A DNA stretch of 64,000 nucleotides from Oceanispirochaeta sp. (GTDB taxonomy: Bacteria > Spirochaetota > Spirochaetia > DSM-2461). Made by a program: the position numbers and the translations under genes. The stretch lies in contig CAXXXD010000004.1 in NCBI GenBank assembly GCA_963663385.2, forward strand, positions 1 to 64,000, given 5' to 3'. Below are positions 9,397 through 19,366 of this stretch, piece by piece (the stretch's first letter is position 1; each line of letters starts with the position of its first letter). The notes under the pieces were generated by a model that had not been told where the DNA came from, did not search any database, and worked only from the letters and a program-made list of their open reading frames with translations.

Positions 9397-10179
9397 ATGA
9401 ACAGCAGTTCTTCATCAAAGGCCATCTTCAGCAGAGAAATTACCCTTGGCTATAATCATGTCTATCAGGACGGACAGATTTCGGTAACAGCTCTCATGGA
9501 AGAACTCGAGGAAACTGCCAGCGAGCATTGCAGGCTTATCGGACAGGATATTTTTTCACTTCTCCATAATAATACGGCCTGGGTATTGAAAGGCGGTGCC
9601 CTTGAGATGGATTCCTATCCCGGTTATGCCATGACTGTCCGGATTGAAACCTGGATATCCTCAATGGAGCGGTACAGGGGGTATCGGGAGTATAGTATCA
9701 GGGATGAAAACGGCCGGGTGCTGGGATCCTGCTCGACCCTATGGGTTTTTATGGATCTTGTTGAACGAACCCTGATTCCCATTCCGGAAGTGTTTCACAG
9801 GGAGTGGGAATCCGATTCCTACCGGCCAATCGATACACTTTTTTGTAAAAAAGATTACTCTCCTCTGGTGAGTGGACATCTTAATGTTTTTGATTTACGG
9901 CGGAGAGATATCGACTCCAACAGCCATGTTCATAATATCCGATACCTTGAGTGGATATGCGAGTCCATGCCTTCGGAGGTCTATGAGAGCTGTCAGATAA
10001 GTCAGATGGAAGTCCTGTACAGGAAGGAAGCCCGTTACGAAAACAAGGTTCAAATTCGTACTGAAAGGCAGAAGGACGGTTCTTTCCGCCATGATATCAC
10101 TGACAGGGAGAGAGGAACTCTCCTGATGTCTGCCGTATCCAGGTGGGCGGAAAAATCCGTACTGTACAACGCCTGCTGA
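9397..10179 (+). CDS. Acyl-ACP thioesterase (FatA/FatB-like double hotdog)
   Basis: AWVL, IETW, TLWVFMD, RRRDIDSNSHVHNIRYLEW, YRKEA; RBS GGAG before 9397. Confidence 0.9.
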   Translation: MNSSSSSKAIFSREITLGYNHVYQDGQISVTALMEELEETASEHCRLIGQDIFSLLHNNTAWVLKGGALEMDSYPGYAMTVRIETWISSMERYRGYREYSIRDENGRVLGSCSTLWVFMDLVERTLIPIPEVFHREWESDSYRPIDTLFCKKDYSPLVSGHLNVFDLRRRDIDSNSHVHNIRYLEWICESMPSEVYESCQISQMEVLYRKEARYENKVQIRTERQKDGSFRHDITDRERGTLLMSAVSRWAEKSVLYNAC

Positions 10180-10180
10180 A

Positions 10181-12442
10181 TCAGAATCCGGGAAGCTTTA
10201 CCTTGTCCGTTACCTCTTTGGCGGCCTCTTCCGCCGCCTTTTGAGCAGCCGCTTCCACCTCTGCCTGTCTGCGGGCCGCCTCGGCTTCCGCTTCAGCCTG
10301 CAGGCGGGCCGCTTCGGCCTCTGCTTCGGCTTTCAGACGGTCTGCTTCCGCTTTGAGTTTGGCAGCCTCTTCCCGGGCCAGACGTTCCGCTTCGGCTTTC
10401 AGGCGGTCCACTTCAGCCAGAATAGCATCGGCCTGGTTGGTCAGTTCCTTCTTTTTCTCGTCCAGGATCCCCCGCAGACCTTCCATGGAAGTAAGCTGCT
10501 CCAGGGATTCGACCCCAAGGGTTTCCATTACTTTTTGCAGAGCTTCGTTATCTTCCAGATAGGGTTTGAGAAAATCCAGGAGGTATTCCCGCAGTTCCTC
10601 TTCCACTTTATCAGCCAGGTCCTTCAGATAATCACCGATTTTATCGGCCAGGATATTGTCCAGATCTGTCCGGACATCAATTTTTTCTATGCCTTTGCGG
10701 CTGACCAGTACATCCGCTTCCAGTTCAACCCTGTCTATTTCGTTCATAATGCCCATAACCGCTTCGGCAATAAAACCATTGCTGCTCTGTTCAATCTCAA
10801 TGGATGTAAGCAGAATATCCAGTTCTGTCATAAGGGCATCCTGCGACTGTAATGTGTAGCTTTTTCCTGTTATGGCCGCCTTGCTCTTAAGGGTGTCCAC
10901 CTGGAGGGCCGGGATCCCGTCATCCATTTTCAGGGAATTCCCGGGAGAGACAATATTCATTGTGAAAAACTGCTCTGCTCCGCTTTTGCCATCAACCGTG
11001 CCGTCCAGGCTGATGGAGGAGGCCCCCTGCTGCCAGTCTGTCAGGAAGGTCGTTGGATCATCAATCTTATCCGGAGCATCTGTAACAGAACGTACTTCTG
11101 TTTTCAGTATGCCCGTATCATCCGTACCGCCGGACAGGAGAATCTGTTTAACCAGTACTGTAGGAAGATCGGGAGAAGGAAAGGGAATGATCCGCCCTTC
11201 CCGCCGGGGCTCATCCTTCTTTTTCTCTTCTGCCGCATCAGCCATCTCCTGCTGTTTTCCCTTTAGTTTTTCATACACATCCAGGGCCTTCAGTCCTTTT
11301 TCATAGTAATCATTCCAGCGGGTCCGTATGTATCTTTCCGCCGCATTGGATGCCAGTGACCGGATATCCCCGCCTGAGAAATCCACGAGTCCTTTCAGGT
11401 AGTCTATATCGTCTTCCATCATTCCCTGAACCTCATCGTAGAGGCCTGTCAGGTTTTTCTTCTCTGCGTTAAACTGTTTCTGGAGACCCTTCAAACTGTC
11501 GGTTGTTTCTTCAATTCCGGGGTAGAGGGCTTCCACCCGGGCGATGGCCGCCTTCCCGTCTTCAATGGACCGGATATCTTCCAGGCGGATGGACTGGAGA
11601 GATTTTACTTCCTTCGTGAGACTCAGGATCTCTTTTTCCTTTTCGTTATATATCCCTTTCCACCTTTCGGAGAACTCCTCAATCTGTTCATTACCCGAAT
11701 TGATCAGGTTCAGGGACTTCAGGTTCTCCTTCTGGGACTCCAGAAGCGCCCTGTAGTCCATCTCTTCCGGTGTCAGGGCCAGCACATCAAGGACACTGCC
11801 TTTCGATTTATCTCCGTCCTTTTCTCCTGTCTGATCGGGTTGGAACGGTTCCCCGTCTACCATTCTTTCCGTATCCCACCGAACCCCCGTAAGAGACGTT
11901 TCTTCAATATGGATCCTTTTTCTGGTCAGTTCGGGGATGCTTATCCTGAATACGGCCGGTCCGGTTTCAATCAGGTTCTTTGACAGATTTCCCGCATCGG
12001 CTATCTGCAGGGACTCATAGGAAAAAATCCCTTCTACAAGAGAGAGTTTCGGTTTTTCCACCGTGGATTCAGCTTCGAAAACTGTTTCGAGTCCTTTTTC
12101 CAGGAGCTGCTTTATCATCCTGTCCTTAAAAAAGAAATTGAATACGACCCCTGTGCCGATTATAACAATCAGGATGGCCGCCTTCCATCTGGTGACGGCG
12201 CCTTTATTTTTTTTGATGGACTTGGCCAACGGAGCAAGCCTGACGAGAATGTCCCGGGGAATCTCCTGTTTAAGTTCCAGATTTCCCGCCTTTTCGGAGG
12301 GAACGAACAGTTCCCGGACCATCTCTCTGTCTTTCGGGATATGGATCCTTTTCAGGATTTTTTTCTTCAGCTTTTTCTCACTGTATTTCTTTGTGAACAG
12401 TTTCGGTATATTTATCTTTTTTTCTTTCTTCTCTTTTTTCAT
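10181..12442 (-). CDS. TIGR03545-like (AsmA-like) envelope protein with coiled coils
   Basis: Single TM followed by FFFKD..IK..LEKGLETVF.A, REGRII.FP, terminal LPGF; adjacent to a TIGR03546-like gene. Confidence 0.75.
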   Translation of the reverse strand: MKKEKKEKKINIPKLFTKKYSEKKLKKKILKRIHIPKDREMVRELFVPSEKAGNLELKQEIPRDILVRLAPLAKSIKKNKGAVTRWKAAILIVIIGTGVVFNFFFKDRMIKQLLEKGLETVFEAESTVEKPKLSLVEGIFSYESLQIADAGNLSKNLIETGPAVFRISIPELTRKRIHIEETSLTGVRWDTERMVDGEPFQPDQTGEKDGDKSKGSVLDVLALTPEEMDYRALLESQKENLKSLNLINSGNEQIEEFSERWKGIYNEKEKEILSLTKEVKSLQSIRLEDIRSIEDGKAAIARVEALYPGIEETTDSLKGLQKQFNAEKKNLTGLYDEVQGMMEDDIDYLKGLVDFSGGDIRSLASNAAERYIRTRWNDYYEKGLKALDVYEKLKGKQQEMADAAEEKKKDEPRREGRIIPFPSPDLPTVLVKQILLSGGTDDTGILKTEVRSVTDAPDKIDDPTTFLTDWQQGASSISLDGTVDGKSGAEQFFTMNIVSPGNSLKMDDGIPALQVDTLKSKAAITGKSYTLQSQDALMTELDILLTSIEIEQSSNGFIAEAVMGIMNEIDRVELEADVLVSRKGIEKIDVRTDLDNILADKIGDYLKDLADKVEEELREYLLDFLKPYLEDNEALQKVMETLGVESLEQLTSMEGLRGILDEKKKELTNQADAILAEVDRLKAEAERLAREEAAKLKAEADRLKAEAEAEAARLQAEAEAEAARRQAEVEAAAQKAAEEAAKEVTDKVKLPGF

Positions 12443-12459
12443 ACTTATGATTCCTAATA

Positions 12460-12984
12460 TCAGGCGTAGGTTGAGACCTTCTGAACGGCTTTGGTTATTT
12501 TTGATACCAGAGGGACTTTTTTGAGAGTTTTTACAATTTTACTCTCAGCCAGTTTGGGAGCGATCTTCTTTCGGTAGATTTTTACGATCTGAAGGAAAAG
12601 AATAAATACCGGAATCCAGCATATAATTCCGAAGAGGAATCCACCTGTAACAAGGGTATTGTTAAAATTGCTGTATGGCAGGAGCGGGGTGTTGTACAGG
12701 CTGGTAAAGAAATCCTGAAGAGAAGGCATATCCAGAACCCATCCTCCCAGTTTATCAAGGAGAGGATCAAAAAGGGTAATGATTGTCCGGAATAACCCCA
12801 TGCTTAGAATAAGGGCTGCCAGATTATGTTTCAGAAGGAAAGCGATAATAAAAAGGGCGGTCCAGAGGAGGTTTCCTCCCGGGATCAGAGCCAGCCAGAA
12901 TCCGAATGTTATGCCCGAGGCCAGTTCCGACGGGCGGGAATTACTGTTGAGAGCAACGAAAATTTTGGCAAAAATTGAAATCAT
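12460..12984 (-). CDS. TIGR03546/DUF2062-like membrane protein
   Basis: ALNSNSRPSELA.GI.FG, LDKLGGWVL, LYNTP..PYSNFNNTLV.GG; RBS GGAGG before ATG 12984. Confidence 0.85.
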   Translation of the reverse strand: MISIFAKIFVALNSNSRPSELASGITFGFWLALIPGGNLLWTALFIIAFLLKHNLAALILSMGLFRTIITLFDPLLDKLGGWVLDMPSLQDFFTSLYNTPLLPYSNFNNTLVTGGFLFGIICWIPVFILFLQIVKIYRKKIAPKLAESKIVKTLKKVPLVSKITKAVQKVSTYA

Positions 12985-13142
12985 ATTTCCTCCGGGACAG
13001 GTATCTCTTACAGGTGTCGGATATACTGTAAAATCAGGGAAAGGTATATTTTCTGGTAAGTTGACAACCTGCATACTATAATTGGTTTATTCTCAGTTAA
13101 TTATAGTATATTTTTAATAAAATAAACTGCAAGAGGGATATT

Positions 13143-14987
13143 GTGTATAAAAAAAGTGGTCTTATTGTCAGTCTTATGGTATTCGTTATACCTCCGTTAA
13201 TGCTGGATATCATAGCGAGGTACCTGCATATACTTCCACAGTCAATTTATAGAGAGGTAAATGCTTTTCCTGTAACCTGGCTGGTTGTTGTGATCGTACC
13301 GGTCCTTTATTTGTTTCTATTCAGAAAAGGCGTTTCCGGAATCCTTGCCTGGAGAAAGGATTCCGCCTCGGTTGAACTGGACAGGGTGAATAAGGCTGTT
13401 ATCATGATTCCCAAACTGGTACTGATTGGCGGGCTGGTTTATGGAATGGTCCTGCCTCTGCTGCTTTTATCCTTTTTCCCGAAGATATCGATGGAAACAA
13501 GAATCGATCTCAGCCTGCTGGGATTTGCCAGTACCATGTTTGGTGGGATTCCTTTTTATATCCCGTTTATCAGGATGTTTGAGCACTGGAGTAATGATAT
13601 TCCTTTCCGGAAAGAGTTTATGTCCATGAAACTGGCTGTACGGACAAATCTGGTAGTTCTTTTTCTCTTCTCTTCAATCCTGCTTATCCTGCAGATAGGA
13701 ATCAAGTATGAATTAAAGAACGCCATTTTTCTGGAAGAGGTTCAAACATCCCTTCAGCCCAAGCTTCTTCCTCTGGAACTTTTCGGAGTTTTAATGGGTA
13801 TTTTCAGTGTCTATCTGCTGATGAGAGGGATCAGCCAGAGAATTGTTATGTGCCACGAATATACCGAAGTCCTGGCATCCGGAGATTTTACCGGGGAAAA
13901 AAGACCTTGTCCGTCCCGGGATGAACTGGGCGCCCTGTATGAAAGTCTCAATATGGTACTGCTTAATAATGCAGAACTGCTGCGCGGTCTCAGGGAACCC
14001 GTTTCCAAAACATTGAGTTCCAAGGATGCTGTGCTTGCAGTATCCAATGATACATCCTCTTCCATAGAACAGATCTCCCTTAATATAGAGAGTGTGAATT
14101 CCATGATGGAGGAGCTGAACCGGAATGTGAAACTCTCCATGGATTCTACAGTCTCCCTTAATGAAAATATTTCCCATCTGGGAAAGGGGGTCGAAGAGCA
14201 ATCTGGTATGGTAGAGGAGTCTTCAGGCGCTATTGCAGAAATTACCGCTTCCATCGACAGTATCAGCGGGGTGGCTCAGAACAAAATCGAGAGTGCCCGT
14301 TCTCTTGTCAAGGTTTCGGATGAGGGCAGGGAGAAGCTGGATAACACAGTAGAGAAAATCAACAGGATCAACGAGAGTGTTGAAAACATCAGGGCGATTC
14401 TCTCCCTGATTCAGAATATCGCCGCCCGAACTAATCTGCTGGCTATGAATGCCGCAATTGAAGCAGCCCATGCGGGGGACGCCGGAAGGGGATTTGCCGT
14501 TGTTGCTGACGAGATCAGGAAACTGGCAGAAACTTCATCAGCCAACTCACGGGAGATAAATAATAATATCGGAAATATTATTACAGTTATTCAGGAAACA
14601 TCTGATGCCGGTGGAGAAGCTATCAGAAGTTTTGATGAGATAACCATGGAGATCAATGGTATGATACGATCCTTTGATGAGATAAATGCCGGTCTGGCAG
14701 AGCTGAAAATCGGAAGCGGTCAGATCCTGAATTCAATTACCAGCCTGCAGTCCATATCCCGGGATGTAAAGAGTAAAACGGATGAAATGAATGTCGCCAC
14801 ATCTCAGGTGAACGGTTCTCTTGATAAGCTCAATGATATTTCCCGGGAAACCAGCAATGCGGCTATACAGATGCAGAGCAGTTCGGATAAGGTTCGCCTG
14901 GTCGTAGATAAGATGAAAGATCAGAGTCGTGTTCTGGATGATGCGTCCAAGACTATTGAATCAAGACTGGAGAAATTCCGATTTTGA
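13143..14987 (+). CDS. Methyl-accepting chemotaxis protein
   Basis: Multiple TM, HAMP (SRDELGAL), [38 protein letters not shown] signature. Confidence 0.95.
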   Translation: MYKKSGLIVSLMVFVIPPLMLDIIARYLHILPQSIYREVNAFPVTWLVVVIVPVLYLFLFRKGVSGILAWRKDSASVELDRVNKAVIMIPKLVLIGGLVYGMVLPLLLLSFFPKISMETRIDLSLLGFASTMFGGIPFYIPFIRMFEHWSNDIPFRKEFMSMKLAVRTNLVVLFLFSSILLILQIGIKYELKNAIFLEEVQTSLQPKLLPLELFGVLMGIFSVYLLMRGISQRIVMCHEYTEVLASGDFTGEKRPCPSRDELGALYESLNMVLLNNAELLRGLREPVSKTLSSKDAVLAVSNDTSSSIEQISLNIESVNSMMEELNRNVKLSMDSTVSLNENISHLGKGVEEQSGMVEESSGAIAEITASIDSISGVAQNKIESARSLVKVSDEGREKLDNTVEKINRINESVENIRAILSLIQNIAARTNLLAMNAAIEAAHAGDAGRGFAVVADEIRKLAETSSANSREINNNIGNIITVIQETSDAGGEAIRSFDEITMEINGMIRSFDEINAGLAELKIGSGQILNSITSLQSISRDVKSKTDEMNVATSQVNGSLDKLNDISRETSNAAIQMQSSSDKVRLVVDKMKDQSRVLDDASKTIESRLEKFRF

Positions 14988-14996
14988 GTAAACCGA

Positions 14997-15617
14997 TCAG
15001 CTTTTGTAAATACCGCTGCTCAGGACAGAGATATAGAAATCCCAGTTTTTAAGATAAATCTCCTGAATCGTCCGGATATCTGTATCCTTTTCCATTTCGA
15101 TCAGAAAATCCTGCCTGGTTTTCAGAAGGAGCCAGCTTAAAAGATCCAGTATCTTCTCTTTGGGGTGATTCAGATTCTGTATGTCAATATCTCCGAATAT
15201 ATCCAGAAACTGTCTGGAAAAGTATTTATGAACCTGGTCCGCCAGTTCCTGATCATTCATCTGATAGGTTTTTGTGATTAATGAAATAAAACGGGGATGA
15301 GCCAGATAAAAATCGATGGCCAGGCCGGATATAAGGCGGAATCTTTCCAGAATATCCGGAGGGAGACTGATCCCTCCGGTTTGTATTCTCATCCGCAGGT
15401 AGTCATACAGTTCTGTATAGGAGTATTCCACAATGAAGAGGAAGAGCTCCTTTTTGCTGGAAATATACTCATACAGACCGCCTTTTGATATGCCGGCTCT
15501 TTTAATGATACGGTCTGTTGAGCACTTTTCATAACCTGCTTCTCCGAACTCTTCGATGCAGGCCTGTATGATTTTATTCCTTTTTTCCTGAGGGATCCTG
15601 GCGAACGCCTTCTTCAT
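14997..15617 (-). CDS. TetR/AcrR-family regulator
   Basis: EFG..GYEKCSTDRII.RAGISKGGLYEYISSKKELF. Confidence 0.92.
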   Translation of the reverse strand: MKKAFARIPQEKRNKIIQACIEEFGEAGYEKCSTDRIIKRAGISKGGLYEYISSKKELFLFIVEYSYTELYDYLRMRIQTGGISLPPDILERFRLISGLAIDFYLAHPRFISLITKTYQMNDQELADQVHKYFSRQFLDIFGDIDIQNLNHPKEKILDLLSWLLLKTRQDFLIEMEKDTDIRTIQEIYLKNWDFYISVLSSGIYKS

Positions 15618-15620
15618 GTA

Positions 15621-17210
15621 TTATGCAATTCCTTTAAAACTTTGCTCCATAGTTTCAGGATTTTCCACTTTTGTGAAGAGGCTTACCACAATTGTAAACA
15701 GGATGGATACGGGCAGGGCCAGAACCATCGGGTCTACCGATGGCCATATACCGCCCAAAATGGTCGTCCGGCCGAACAGGGCCTGGCAGATACCGAAAAC
15801 GGCTGCCTCTTTTCCATGAAGAAAAAGGAAGCCGAATACACAGACTGCCAGGCCGGACAGGATTCCTGCAATAGCTCCTTTTCTGGTTAATCTTTTCCAG
15901 TAGAGGGAGGCGAAATAGGGGGCCAGGAAGCTGGAGGCCATAAAGCCGAAGAATATGGCTGTCGCCCGGGCAATGATTCCGGCTCCCATTTTGATACCGA
16001 GCAGAACCGTCAGGAGAATACTGAACACAATCCCGATTCGGGTTATCAGTATTTCCTTTTGCCGCTTTTCGGGAGTAACCGTACCGGAGGAATAGAAATC
16101 CCTGCCGATTGAAGTTCCGATCGTATGGAACTGGGAACTCAGTGTGGACATCCCGGCTGAAAGGATTACCAGCATAAACAGGTAGCTGAACCAGGAGGGC
16201 ATGGCATCCCGGATAAAAAGGGGAATCAGTTTATCCGAATTGCCCTGAGCGGCCTGTATGGATATGATCCCGGCGGTTTTCATATAGTAGACATTGGAAA
16301 GGGCGCCGACGATAAAGGAGGTTCCTACAGTCATCATGATAAAAACTGCTCCGATAATAACGGCCCTGTTCAGTTCCTTGTCGCTTTTGACTGTCATGTA
16401 GCGGACTACCAGCTGGGGTTGGGCCAGGACTCCTATTCCAACTCCCAGGACAAGAGAGGAGTAAATGATCCACCAGAGATGGCTTCCTCCGGCGGGAGAA
16501 CTGGTCCAGCCCTGATGACCGATTATTCTCAGGCTTTCGGGAACCAGGAATCCCATCTCCGTCAGGGCTTTATGGGCCGGTCCCACACCTCCCAGAGCAG
16601 AGTAGATAAAAATAAGCAGGACAAACATGCCGAAGAACATCAGGCTGCCCTGCAGCGCATCTGTGTACATCACTCCTTTCAGTCCGCCCATAATAACATA
16701 ACAGGCGACCAGAACAGAGAATATAACCACAGAGTACATATAGGGTATTCCCAGGAGGCCTTCCAGTATACGTGAGGAGCCTATCAGGACGGCAGCCGCA
16801 TAGAGAGGCATGAAAATAAAGATAATCAGGCCCATAAACCTCTGGATAAAAGGGGAATTCAGGCGGCGTCCCAGCAGCTCTGGAAAGGTGTGGGCATTCA
16901 GGTTCAATCCCATTTTCCGTGTGCGTCTGCCGAAAAAGATAAAGGCAATCAGGACTCCGACTCCCACATTACAGACCACAAGCCATAGCAGGCTGAGGCC
17001 GAACAGGGCGGCCATCCCGCCGAATCCCACAATGGCGGAGGTGGAAATAAAAGTGGCTCCGTAGGACATGGCCATAACAAAGGGGTGGGTTTTTCTGCCT
17101 CCCAGCATATAATCGGAGGAGTTTTTTGTCTGGGAGAATCCCCTGTAACCGAGATAGGCAATAACGGAAAGGTAGAGAACAATGATTACGACAAGGTAGT
17201 ATAAGTTCAT
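15621..17210 (-). CDS. Sodium:solute symporter (PutP/ActP-like)
   Basis: DYMLGGR, SYGATFISTSAIVGFGG, GGLKGVMYTDALQG, AQPQLVVRYM, SAGMSTLSS; about 13 TM. Confidence 0.93.
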   Translation of the reverse strand: MNLYYLVVIIVLYLSVIAYLGYRGFSQTKNSSDYMLGGRKTHPFVMAMSYGATFISTSAIVGFGGMAALFGLSLLWLVVCNVGVGVLIAFIFFGRRTRKMGLNLNAHTFPELLGRRLNSPFIQRFMGLIIFIFMPLYAAAVLIGSSRILEGLLGIPYMYSVVIFSVLVACYVIMGGLKGVMYTDALQGSLMFFGMFVLLIFIYSALGGVGPAHKALTEMGFLVPESLRIIGHQGWTSSPAGGSHLWWIIYSSLVLGVGIGVLAQPQLVVRYMTVKSDKELNRAVIIGAVFIMMTVGTSFIVGALSNVYYMKTAGIISIQAAQGNSDKLIPLFIRDAMPSWFSYLFMLVILSAGMSTLSSQFHTIGTSIGRDFYSSGTVTPEKRQKEILITRIGIVFSILLTVLLGIKMGAGIIARATAIFFGFMASSFLAPYFASLYWKRLTRKGAIAGILSGLAVCVFGFLFLHGKEAAVFGICQALFGRTTILGGIWPSVDPMVLALPVSILFTIVVSLFTKVENPETMEQSFKGIA

Positions 17211-17401
17211 GACGCGCTGCCTCCGTCAACAGCCTCTTCCAGTTCGATCTCTTCTTTCATCCATTTTTTTTCAATCTGCAGTTCCTCTTCGGAGGCTTCT
17301 CCTTTATTCCAGTTGAGAATGCCGTAAACTGCAGAACCCAGAGTTGTCAGTATAACGAGCAGAAAAGCTGCTGCTACCGAGGGATCGGGTATGCTGAACA
17401 T
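17207..17401 (-). CDS. Symporter small accessory membrane protein
   Basis: MFSIPDP.V..AF......VYGILNWNKG...W..EE; one TM plus acidic tail, ATGA-coupled to the SSS gene; RBS AGGAG. Confidence 0.8.
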   Translation of the reverse strand: MFSIPDPSVAAAFLLVILTTLGSAVYGILNWNKGEASEEELQIEKKWMKEEIELEEAVDGGSAS

Positions 17402-17429
17402 AATGAGCTCCTTTCGTATTTTTCTGATT

Positions 17430-17479
17430 CCGACTATATGGTCGGTTTTAGGGTAAAAGAAAACCGACCGCGTAGTCGG
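17430..17479. promoter_or_regulatory. Twin palindromic operator CCGAC-N6-GTCGG (probable TetR sites)
   Basis: CCGACTATATGGTCGG (17430-17445) and CCGACCGCGTAGTCGG (17464-17479) upstream of the accessory-SSS-TetR operon. Confidence 0.7.
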
Positions 17480-17538
17480 ATTTCTTTCTGTAGAAACAAT
17501 AAAGGGTGAATGGTTTTTCGTCAATTAAAAAACGGATT

Positions 17539-18207
17539 TTATATTCCTGAAGCGTGCTGATAGCTGTAAGTGTGCCTTTCGGAAATGCTCATGTAGTGCG
17601 CAGGGGGTTCGTAATAGGAGCTTCTGGTCATGATCCCTCGTGATATTGTATAGGGGTGAGTGCGCAGAACACGTATAATGAGTTCGTTGGAGAATTTGTT
17701 CAGGTTATACAGACAGATGGATACAATATTTCTGTTGGGAATAAACAGATTCATTTCGGCTTCGTAAGCCATCAGGTCATCGCTGCTAGAAGAGCTGTCT
17801 AAGGTCCAGGTCATCTCTGTGGCTATCCGGAAATTCCTGTGGTGCAAACCGACTTGCCTTTTGTAGACTGTATTGAGAACTTTATCCATGCCTTCCTGGG
17901 AGAATTGTCCGTTCGGATAATACATTTCTTCGGCCGATATGATTCGGATACGTTCGGGATCATCAATGTGAACGCGGAATTCCGGATTATTCCCGAGCAG
18001 CATATCCCGGAATTCCTGCCGGCCCTGTTCCGCCGGACAGTAAAAGAGGAAATCCCCGTCATGAAGTCCCCTGCTCATAAAACCGCTTACAAGGCGGTCC
18101 CTTTCTTCCTCTGATTGATAGAGACAGGCAATATGGGTTCCCCAATGGCATCGTGTGTTCCGGTATCCCAACCTCATGGGTGAGATATCTGATGTATCAA
18201 AACTCAT
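17539..18207 (-). CDS. Stand-alone MEDS-domain protein
   Basis: WGTHIACLYQSEEE, FM..GL..GD, RIATEMTW, LMAYEA.MN, ICLYNLNKF...I..VLRTHP. Confidence 0.85.
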   Translation of the reverse strand: MSFDTSDISPMRLGYRNTRCHWGTHIACLYQSEEERDRLVSGFMSRGLHDGDFLFYCPAEQGRQEFRDMLLGNNPEFRVHIDDPERIRIISAEEMYYPNGQFSQEGMDKVLNTVYKRQVGLHHRNFRIATEMTWTLDSSSSSDDLMAYEAEMNLFIPNRNIVSICLYNLNKFSNELIIRVLRTHPYTISRGIMTRSSYYEPPAHYMSISERHTYSYQHASGI

Positions 18208-18556
18208 ATTAAGCTCCTTCTTGTATTATATAGGCCGGAAATCCGTTTGAGTAAAAAAGACACATACCGGAAGGTTCTGAGAAATGTGTCCACTTGCCGG
18301 CTAAAATCTTTAATCCAGATAAAATACAATAAGAAAGAGATTCTCTGACGATATGCCTCTTTCTTCCTCGATACATGATAAAATATGTTTTATGTGTGAC
18401 TGATAAGGTTAGCGTGCGTTATTAACTATAGTATAGGGGCTGGGAGATTTCCTCTCTATTTGGAGTAAATTTATAAAGAAAATTCCTTGGTAACTGATTA
18501 AATGTTGAGTATTCTATAAAATAGCCGTACCTAAGTAATATATAAAGGAATAAGAC

Positions 18557-19366
18557 TTGATAAAGAACATTGCCTGTTACGGGAAGAGCTGTGATCATCC
18601 GGCTATTCCCGGGACACCTGCTTTAGAAACACACGGATTGAGTTTTAAGTACCCGGGTACTCCGCACCCTGCTGTTGAAAATGTAAGTGTTACTATCCAG
18701 CCGGGAGAAAAGGTTGCTCTGGTCGGTCCGAACGGTGCCGGGAAATCCACCTTTATGAAGCTGATACTGGGGCTGGAGAGTATCCAGACGGGTTCCATCT
18801 CGGTGTATGGCAATAAGGCCCACTCCTGTAAACACAGGGTTGCTATGGTTCCCCAGCGGTCATCGGTAGACTGGACTTTTCCGGTTTCGGTGCGTCAGGT
18901 GGTTATGATGGGGCGTTATGTTCACCTGGGCTGGTTCAGGCGTCCCGGACCGGCAGATTACGAGGCGGTTGAAAGTGCCTTGAAGGTTATGGAGATTGCC
19001 AATCTGGCGGACAGGCAGGTAGGGGATCTGTCGGGAGGGCAGCAGCAGCGGGTTATGCTGGCCAGGACCCTGGCTCACGACGCGGACCTCCTTTTGATGG
19101 ATGAACCCCTGAACCATGTGGATATAGCAACCCAGGAACTGATTTTTCATGTTATTGAAGATATATGCGACAAAGGTAAGAGTGTTCTTGTCAGTACTCA
19201 CGATCTGGGGCTTCTGACGGTGCATTTCAGCCGGGTCCTGTTTCTGGATCATAAGCTGAAAGCAGACGGTCCTGTTAAAGAGGTGCTGACCGCAGAAAAT
19301 ATTGCCAGCGCCTACGGTTTCAGATTTCACAAAACAAAGGAGCTCGGACCATGGTTGAATGGCTGA
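18557..19366 (+). CDS. Mn/Zn ABC transporter ATP-binding protein
   Basis: GPNGAGKST, VPQR..VDW.FPVSV..VV.MGR, LSGGQQQRV, DEP, STHDL. Confidence 0.93.
   Translation: MIKNIACYGKSCDHPAIPGTPALETHGLSFKYPGTPHPAVENVSVTIQPGEKVALVGPNGAGKSTFMKLILGLESIQTGSISVYGNKAHSCKHRVAMVPQRSSVDWTFPVSVRQVVMMGRYVHLGWFRRPGPADYEAVESALKVMEIANLADRQVGDLSGGQQQRVMLARTLAHDADLLLMDEPLNHVDIATQELIFHVIEDICDKGKSVLVSTHDLGLLTVHFSRVLFLDHKLKADGPVKEVLTAENIASAYGFRFHKTKELGPWLNG

Noticed and set aside
10241..10852. 203-aa + strand ORF and other nested short ORFs in the track
   Set aside because: Shadows of well-supported genes on the opposite strand or frame.
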